IMG/VR virus record: IMGVR_UViG_3300021960_009997
Location: 1-61,786 of that record
Origin: a virus
Lineage: Duplodnaviria; Caudoviricetes
Direction: 5' to 3' (one strand)
DNA: 61,786 nt
A program made the translations under genes and the position numbers. Below, piece after piece: positions 56,263 to 61,786 of this stretch. Position 1 is the first letter of the stretch; every line of letters starts with the position of its first letter. The notes beneath the pieces are model-generated. The model had not been told where the DNA came from. It saw only the letters and a list, made by a program, of their open reading frames with translations, and made no database searches.

Positions 56263-57375
56263 ATGGCATTTAGAGGGGCGTCTAACGATCCAACCGGTGC
56301 AGGTTCCTACGCAACTGTAGGTATAAGTTCTCGAGCAGACTATGTTGCTGAAGAGCTCGATGCTCGTATAATGGAGTGGTCAGGTCACCTGACAAATATT
56401 GATGGGGTTTTCAAATCCTATGTAGAATTACATCCAGCTTTTGCTGACGAAAAGGCAAGCGTGTTAGCAACAATGTATCTTTTCTATACTGAGTTAGAAA
56501 GAGCAAGAAATGAAGTAGTTCCTTTTTATGATTTGTATTGGATCGAAGAAGGTTTAGTTAATACAGAAATTAAGCGTCTTGAGGATGTAAGGGCCGCATA
56601 CGCTGCTGAGTCCGCAAGAATAACTGGTGCTATAGGAGAACTCGATACCATATTAGACGCAGCTGAAATTGCCACACTTACTGCTGATCGAACTACTGTA
56701 AACGGTAGGGCGGCAACCTCAGAAACCTATCGAAATAATGTAAAGACTAATGCTGATGATGCGTTTGGTGTTTATCCGGACGGTGTGTGTACCGACACTG
56801 CAAGTGGTAATTACGAATTTGAAGATTTACTTGATGACGTTGTAGACGCTTTTGATGCGTGTAGAAAAAGAGTAGGTATTAAAGAAGGATTGACAGACAC
56901 TGCTGTTGCTTTATTGAATTATTTTGATACGTTTATAAGACTTACAGAATCAGGCGAGTCTGTAGACAAGTTAGATGCAGTAACATTCATAAGCCCTGAA
57001 TATCAATCTGTTTCTAACAATTTGGTTGGATTGGATATAGGTACAGAGTCAACAAACTATACAGATAGTGACGGTAACCCAGCGGTAGCTACTTATCCAA
57101 AACTAAACACACCGTCAGATCACAAAACAGCAATTGTCACAACTTATCTAACTACTGGAGTGTCACCAAAATATTACAACGATCCACAACCAGCATTATC
57201 GTCATTGACAAATCAAATTTCATCCTCTAAAAGCACTATAGAGGCACAGTACGCAGTTTTACAAGGATTGCCTACAGCAACACATGAAGCAAGATGGAAT
57301 TCATATCTTTCTGACCTTGAGACTGCAAGAACACAATACAGCAGCTGGACATACGAAAACGTATCAGGTTTATAA
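56263..57375 (+). CDS. Hypothetical protein
   Basis: 370-aa ORF, RBS AGGA. Confidence 0.75.
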   Translation: MAFRGASNDPTGAGSYATVGISSRADYVAEELDARIMEWSGHLTNIDGVFKSYVELHPAFADEKASVLATMYLFYTELERARNEVVPFYDLYWIEEGLVNTEIKRLEDVRAAYAAESARITGAIGELDTILDAAEIATLTADRTTVNGRAATSETYRNNVKTNADDAFGVYPDGVCTDTASGNYEFEDLLDDVVDAFDACRKRVGIKEGLTDTAVALLNYFDTFIRLTESGESVDKLDAVTFISPEYQSVSNNLVGLDIGTESTNYTDSDGNPAVATYPKLNTPSDHKTAIVTTYLTTGVSPKYYNDPQPALSSLTNQISSSKSTIEAQYAVLQGLPTATHEARWNSYLSDLETARTQYSSWTYENVSGL

Positions 57376-57387
57376 TAGGAAAATACT

Positions 57388-57582
57388 ATGGCAGGTAATA
57401 AAAGAAAAAATATTGTTTGGTTGATACCAGAGAATGAAACAAGAGAATCACACACATATCACTATTCGGTTGTAAAGACAAAAAATACAACAACTGAGAA
57501 GTTTAGATTCAAAAAATACAACCCCGTGAAAAGGGTACACGAATGGTTCAAGGAAGTAAAAGCGCCAAGTCACAGTAAATAG
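57388..57582 (+). CDS. rpmG: 50S ribosomal protein L33 (Cys-free type)
   Basis: Y...K.K....K...KKYNPV.R.H..FKE.K aligns with bL33 ([32 protein letters not shown]). Confidence 0.8.
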   Translation: MAGNKRKNIVWLIPENETRESHTYHYSVVKTKNTTTEKFRFKKYNPVKRVHEWFKEVKAPSHSK

Positions 57583-57590
57583 GAGGCTAC

Positions 57591-58094
57591 ATGGCAGAAG
57601 TAGAATTTGGTGATGTTAAAGTAAGTGGCGGAAAATTATTACTTATTATTCCATTACTCGGTTCTATTGCAGGGGCCTTGTGGGGTGGCTTTGAATTGTA
57701 TCAGCGTTTATTAGACGCTGAGGAAGCCGTTACTGCTTACGTTGCGCCTGATATGTCAGGTATCAACCAACAGTTGGCCGTTCAAGCTGAGACGCTTACA
57801 GGGCTTGCTGAGGACGTTAAAACACAGTTCGATACACTGACAATACTTGTAGATAACTTGCAGGCAGATGTTGACCGAATCAGAGAAGACGTAGATGAGG
57901 TTGATGGTTTTGTCCGTGACATAGACGAGAACACAAACGATACTCAACGTGACCTGCGTAATGATGTTTACGCTATGGAAACTACTTTGAACGACCGTTT
58001 AAGAGAGTTAGACGGAGAGTTACGTGAAATGCGTGAAGATCTCGAGGAAAAGATTGAGCGAATCTTAGACAACCCGCTCAACGATTCCGAATAG
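57591..58094 (+). CDS. Membrane-anchored coiled-coil protein
   Basis: Hydrophobic LLLIIPLLGSIAGALWGGF then long heptads; AGGAGG RBS. Confidence 0.75.
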   Translation: MAEVEFGDVKVSGGKLLLIIPLLGSIAGALWGGFELYQRLLDAEEAVTAYVAPDMSGINQQLAVQAETLTGLAEDVKTQFDTLTILVDNLQADVDRIREDVDEVDGFVRDIDENTNDTQRDLRNDVYAMETTLNDRLRELDGELREMREDLEEKIERILDNPLNDSE

Positions 58095-58098
58095 ACAA

Positions 58099-58389
58099 TT
58101 AGTCTTCGTCTATATCCAGTTCCATTTGCCTGAGCATTTCAGCTTCAAGCATTTCTACAGGATCTGTCAGCGTGATGCTAATTTTATCCCCTGTAGCATA
58201 CATGGTATTGTCCCAAGTATGATTATACGGAACATCTACTGTCATAGTGTCAATACCTGACAAATCAATATTATCAGCTGACAGGGTATAGGTTACAGGT
58301 ACTGAATCACCAAAGCTGACTGTAAGTGTATCAGGCACGTTTGCCTTAGTTGGAAACTGAATTACGTTATCTTTCTTTTTATCGCTCAT
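58099..58389 (-). CDS. Hypothetical protein
   Basis: Start moved to ATG 58389 (AGGAG RBS, ATGA overlap); NVIQFP motif. Confidence 0.65.
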   Translation of the reverse strand: MSDKKKDNVIQFPTKANVPDTLTVSFGDSVPVTYTLSADNIDLSGIDTMTVDVPYNHTWDNTMYATGDKISITLTDPVEMLEAEMLRQMELDIDED

Positions 58390-59000
58390 ACAATGCTCCT
58401 TTGCATAAAATCTGGGTTGTAAACATAACAAATCATTTTCTTGGGCACGTATTTAACAACAAGAGTCACATCTTCGTCTGCGTGATTGTGTACGTGGCCT
58501 TTAAATACACTTCCTTCGGGTTTTACTTGTACTGGATGGTCTCCTATCCACGCATCTATGCCCTCTGACTCCTCTTCCGGAGTGCCAAACCGATAATCTT
58601 GACCAAAATGAGCGGCAACCACCTCAACCGCCATCTCCTCACCGCCCATTCCCATGTGCGTTTTGTTATAGATGACTTCTTTAATGTAGTCAAGGCACAT
58701 TTCTTCCGAAATTCCGCCTATTTTCATCAATTTTATCATCTCGTAGGTCTTTTTTCCGGCCTCAGCAAGGTTTTTTTCGCCAAACTTACCATTGTAGTAG
58801 TTTGTCCAGTTATCAAGCGTGCCAGGTATGCCTTTATCCTTCATTTCAAGCCATGTTTCCTTCATGGAACCGACAAATTTGGCACGTAGAGCCTGAGAAT
58901 TCTGAGTAGCGATGTTTAAAAGCTGCGTAGAATACTTGGGCCACGTCCTACGTGACGGTACTACCACTGTTTTGTAGTTTTTCGCTGTTAGCTTGAGCAT
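58386..59000 (-). CDS. MjaI-family restriction endonuclease
   Basis: PKY.TQL.N.A....Q..R...VG.M, W..YY, KT..G...E, YR..TPEEES.GID..IG..PVQVKP (PD-(D/E)xK-type core) as I recall the RE_MjaI family. Confidence 0.75.
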   Translation of the reverse strand: MLKLTAKNYKTVVVPSRRTWPKYSTQLLNIATQNSQALRAKFVGSMKETWLEMKDKGIPGTLDNWTNYYNGKFGEKNLAEAGKKTYEMIKLMKIGGISEEMCLDYIKEVIYNKTHMGMGGEEMAVEVVAAHFGQDYRFGTPEEESEGIDAWIGDHPVQVKPEGSVFKGHVHNHADEDVTLVVKYVPKKMICYVYNPDFMQRSIV

Positions 59001-59193
59001 ATTCTTCTATCCATACTTTTTCAAACTTCCGCCCTCGCTTATCGAAGGAAGAAGGTTTCTTATTATATATGATAACGTCAGTTCCTTTTTTGATGTACGC
59101 AGTCATTCGCCCCGACTCATTTAGAAAATACGTATGGTTCGGTTGAAAGTCCAAGTCCCAAACAGTTATCTCACGTAGTGCGTTATATTTCAT
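58948..59193 (-). CDS. Hypothetical protein
   Basis: EIT.W....PNHTY.L, AY.K, F.K.GRKF; start moved to ATG 59193. Confidence 0.65.
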   Translation of the reverse strand: MKYNALREITVWDLDFQPNHTYFLNESGRMTAYIKKGTDVIIYNKKPSSFDKRGRKFEKVWIEEYAQANSEKLQNSGSTVT

Positions 59194-59633
59194 CGTCCTG
59201 TCACCATTGATACTCCAACGAGTCGAGGAGAGACATCGTATATTGTCCAATTACTATTCGCATTTAGATACGTCACTCTAACAACAGTACCGATATGCCA
59301 CTTATGCAGCTGTGGGACCTCATAGTCAGTAAAGTGATTGTGCTGAAACTGAGAACAGGTGTCTTCCCACATATAATACTGTGGATAGATCTCAATATCA
59401 ACCATCTGCAGATAACTTCGAGCATCACACTCGTGGCAGTCAGTATCAACCTTTACTTTTGTGATCTTTCCATCAATGTAGCATATAGGATTACTTACTT
59501 CCATAATATCGTGTATAGAATCATGGTCCATAGTCTGAGCAGAAGCTTCCATTACAATAGCAAGTGTACATAAGATCATAATAGTAACACACACGATATA
59601 GCCCACATAAATTACTTTATCAAATATCTTCAT
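59190..59633 (-). CDS. Hypothetical protein with N-terminal transmembrane/signal segment
   Basis: Hydrophobic N-terminus; start moved to ATG 59633 (GAGGA RBS). Confidence 0.6.
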   Translation of the reverse strand: MKIFDKVIYVGYIVCVTIMILCTLAIVMEASAQTMDHDSIHDIMEVSNPICYIDGKITKVKVDTDCHECDARSYLQMVDIEIYPQYYMWEDTCSQFQHNHFTDYEVPQLHKWHIGTVVRVTYLNANSNWTIYDVSPRLVGVSMVTGR

Positions 59634-59727
59634 TGTCTTCCTCAATCATAATAGTCTTAACAAGAACCCATGTAAGTAGAATACCGAACGCAAAAATAAT
59701 GGATAAGATAGCCGTTACTGTTTCCAT
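59620..59727 (-). CDS. Small membrane protein (35 aa)
   Basis: Manually translated METVTAILSIIFAFGILLTWVLVKTIMIEEDNEDI; AGGAG RBS. Confidence 0.55.
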   Translation of the reverse strand: METVTAILSIIFAFGILLTWVLVKTIMIEEDNEDI

Positions 59728-59936
59728 AACACTTCTCCTGTTTTCATGTCCTTCATCTCAATCACTGTATAGTTTACCCGTGGTGATTCACTAACAGAAG
59801 ATGCCCATGTAATAGCATCTTTGCGTGCCATAAAGCCCATATGGTCACCGTGTGTCATACCTCGTAAATGTCCATCAGTAAATTGCCTAACTACGGTTAC
59901 CTGACATGGATAGCGTGTATAGCTACGTTTCATCAT
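59715..59936 (-). CDS. Hypothetical protein
   Basis: Start moved to ATG 59936 (GAGGAG RBS). Confidence 0.6.
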   Translation of the reverse strand: MMKRSYTRYPCQVTVVRQFTDGHLRGMTHGDHMGFMARKDAITWASSVSESPRVNYTVIEMKDMKTGEVLWKQ

Positions 59937-60078
59937 TTTCTCCTCGAAAACATCTACCATAATAATCTGTCTTACCTTCGTGGTATGCTTTACGTTTCCC
60001 ATGTACCATAAGAGAAGAACCGATAGCAAACCATGCTGATATAACAAGAATCAAAATTTTAATAATAACAAGTTCCAT
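59923..60078 (-). CDS. Small membrane protein (51 aa)
   Basis: Manually translated MELVIIKILILVISAWFAIGSSLMVHGKRK...; AGGAG RBS. Confidence 0.55.
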   Translation of the reverse strand: MELVIIKILILVISAWFAIGSSLMVHGKRKAYHEGKTDYYGRCFRGENDET

Positions 60079-60293
60079 CATGCTCTCCTTGAAAAGTGTA
60101 CGCGAACCATTGTTTTACGAATAACTGCTAAGACTGTAAAGGATAGTGTCATAAAGACTGAAGTAGCAACAATGCTAAGGGCCATTAAATTTGCTATGTA
60201 CAAGAACAGTATATTCAGTGGTAAGTTAATAACAAACGCTATGGCAGTATCGCTCATAGCTTCTTTAAGTGCGACTCTATATTCTTTAGACAT
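60078..60293 (-). CDS. Small two-TM membrane protein
   Basis: Two hydrophobic helices; start moved to ATG 60293 (AAGGA RBS). Confidence 0.65.
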   Translation of the reverse strand: MSKEYRVALKEAMSDTAIAFVINLPLNILFLYIANLMALSIVATSVFMTLSFTVLAVIRKTMVRVHFSRRA

Positions 60294-60319
60294 ATGTATC
60301 CTTTTTTGTTTACAGAACA

Positions 60320-60348
60320 AGTATAGCACATAGTAGAGGACTTGTCAA
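60320..60348 (-). promoter_or_regulatory. Sigma70-type early promoter
   Basis: GC-TTGACA, 17 bp, TATACT; heads the operon containing the MjaI-like gene. Confidence 0.7.
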
Positions 60349-60492
60349 GCACTGATTTTGCTGGGAAAAAAATTTCCAAAAAAATTTTAAATATGACCAA
60401 GAAAGGTAGCCCTGAGGTATATACCCTTATATAGGCCACGGTAACAATCTCAGTCCATACCTCACTTCCTGGGTCTTAGGCCTCACGCTTGC

Positions 60493-60612
60493 TTAGAGCG
60501 AGAGTACCAGTACCACAAGAACATACGCTACGGGGACTAACAGCAGCCCGCCTACTACCTCGCCTACGATTTCCCAATTGCTCATATCTCCAAACAGTTC
60601 TTGTCTACTCAT
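60493..60612 (-). CDS. Small membrane protein (39 aa)
   Basis: Manually translated MSRQELFGDMSNWEIVGEVVGGLLLVPVAYVLVVLVLSL; GGAGG RBS, TAATG overlap. Confidence 0.55.
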   Translation of the reverse strand: MSRQELFGDMSNWEIVGEVVGGLLLVPVAYVLVVLVLSL

Positions 60613-60815
60613 TATACGTCCTCCACTTCACGTCTTTGTGCGAAGTCCAACAGGTCTGCTGCCAACGCTGCTGCTTGTGCTCGTGTCAACGCAATGTTTT
60701 TCTCAAACGCTTTGCCCTGATTAACTGTAACCTGTACGCACGTACCCCTGTCACTGCCTCCATTGAAGCGGGTTAATGCTACACGGGGTGCGTGTGATTT
60801 CAATTCAGTGCTCAT
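60612..60815 (-). CDS. Hypothetical protein
   Basis: TRFNGG.DRG.CVQ.T; start moved to ATG 60815. Confidence 0.6.
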   Translation of the reverse strand: MSTELKSHAPRVALTRFNGGSDRGTCVQVTVNQGKAFEKNIALTRAQAAALAADLLDFAQRREVEDV

Positions 60816-61006
60816 TATACATTCCTCGTCATAAAGTTTTCCAAACGCCATGCTTCCTGCATACTACGGGGATCTATTTCATTAGCGTGTAGCATATCCT
60901 CTACATCATCTCTGCTCATGTACTTCACACACATAATTGCGAAGTCTCGTGCGTTGAGTGAACCCTCGTCTATCAGTTCTAATGCGTAGTCTCTTGGGTC
61001 AATCAT
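60815..61006 (-). CDS. Hypothetical protein
   Basis: C.KYMS.DDV.DML..NE; AGGAG RBS. Confidence 0.65.
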   Translation of the reverse strand: MIDPRDYALELIDEGSLNARDFAIMCVKYMSRDDVEDMLHANEIDPRSMQEAWRLENFMTRNV

Positions 61007-61018
61007 ATTATACTCTCC

Positions 61019-61402
61019 TTATGCTGCGTTGCTTATTAAAGTGTCTTTGCCTACAAACTCGAAGCCGAAAATGTCACATACGTAGATGTCGCCTTTTTCG
61101 TCTATGAGTAGGTCGCCTACTGACATGCTATGCTGATTAGTGTAGCGAGTAATTTGCTCCTCGAGGATTGGGTCACCATGAGGGTTGTTGTGCATGAAGA
61201 AAGCGTCTTCAAGGGTGTTTGCGTCAATGTCCGCTACGTGCGTGAAGTGTGGGAGAAAAGTAATGCTAAACTTGTCAGCGCCCATTCGAGCGTTCAAATA
61301 CGCGTCTACAGCGGGATACTTGTCTGCTGCAGCGTCCCAGCCTAAGTCATTGATTTCCTCATGTAATTTGCTAACTGCTTGATTTTGAAGTAATTTATAC
61401 AT
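61019..61402 (-). CDS. Hypothetical protein
   Basis: LEDAF...N and HSMSVGD motifs; AGGA RBS; first gene after a promoter. Confidence 0.7.
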   Translation of the reverse strand: MYKLLQNQAVSKLHEEINDLGWDAAADKYPAVDAYLNARMGADKFSITFLPHFTHVADIDANTLEDAFFMHNNPHGDPILEEQITRYTNQHSMSVGDLLIDEKGDIYVCDIFGFEFVGKDTLISNAA

Positions 61403-61439
61403 AGTGTTTTTCCTTTCTCTTTTTTAGTTTACAGTGCTT

Positions 61440-61508
61440 ATTATACACGGATTTTCCGAAAAGTCAAGCATTTTTTACCACTAAAAGCGCTTGACAATCA
61501 AGCACTTA
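61440..61508 (-). promoter_or_regulatory. Sigma70-type early promoter with upstream IHF-like box
   Basis: TTGACT (61467-61462), 16 bp, TATAAT (61445-61440); AATCAAGCACTTA at 61496-61508. Confidence 0.7.
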
Positions 61509-61785
61509 CACGATACGTAATATTCTTTTTCAGCTCCCAGCGCTCGAGGATTGGGCCCGCCGGACCCTCGTCTACTATGATATAAGCGACTGTTTTTTTG
61601 ACATTCGCATATCTATAGCCCCACATACCGCAGACGCCCTCGCCCCCTACCCACACTTTATGAGGGTAAAATGCTCGGTTGCCAGTGAATTCTGGACAGT
61701 CATTTTCTGAATATTCAAAATAGTTGCCGGTGTCTTTCTCATAGAAGACGCCTATTGGGTTTTTAGTGTGGGTGAAATATGGCAT
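61498..61785 (-). CDS. Hypothetical protein
   Basis: 95-aa ORF at the window edge; may extend beyond it. Confidence 0.6.
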   Translation of the reverse strand: MPYFTHTKNPIGVFYEKDTGNYFEYSENDCPEFTGNRAFYPHKVWVGGEGVCGMWGYRYANVKKTVAYIIVDEGPAGPILERWELKKNITYRVSA

Positions 61786-61786
61786 A

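Noticed and set aside
60489-60776. 95-aa plus-strand ORF
   Set aside because: Antisense to two minus-strand genes that have clear RBSs.
1-61786. Stop-codon reassignment as the reason CTAG is missing
   Set aside because: Genes read full length in the standard code, TAG is used as a stop (for example at 12295 and 41235), and no suppressor tRNA is present.

Overview
Part of the genome of an AT-rich T4-like myophage, probably aquatic and probably with a proteobacterial host (inference). Left to right: a Tat-signal DUF1552 gene; a tail/baseplate block (DUF4815 protein, gp8, gp7, gp6, gp25, gp5, hub protein, gp53, gp48 on the minus strand; gp4, radical SAM, gp2, tube-like protein, gp26, gp51, tape-measure-like protein on the plus strand); gp32, gp59, gp33; a cell-wall hydrolase; a circularly permuted tmRNA; an acyl-CoA ligase; two tRNAs; phoH; a ~13 kb cluster of modifying enzymes (carbamoyltransferase, three radical SAMs of which one is B12-type, two 2OG/Fe oxygenases, methyltransferase, glycosyltransferase); a nitroreductase, secreted low-complexity proteins and ribosomal protein L33; and small early genes including an MjaI-family restriction endonuclease. 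T4 late promoters (TATAAATA) and sigma70-type promoters with IHF-like boxes recur. Top findings: (1) I found no CTAG anywhere in the window on a manual read, and the phage encodes a nuclease of the CTAG-recognising MjaI family with no DNA methylase beside it; (2) a two-piece tmRNA behind a late promoter; (3) a likely -1 frameshift joining gp26 to gp51; (4) the enzyme cluster and its candidate repeat-protein substrates. All family calls are from motif recognition by eye, not database searches.
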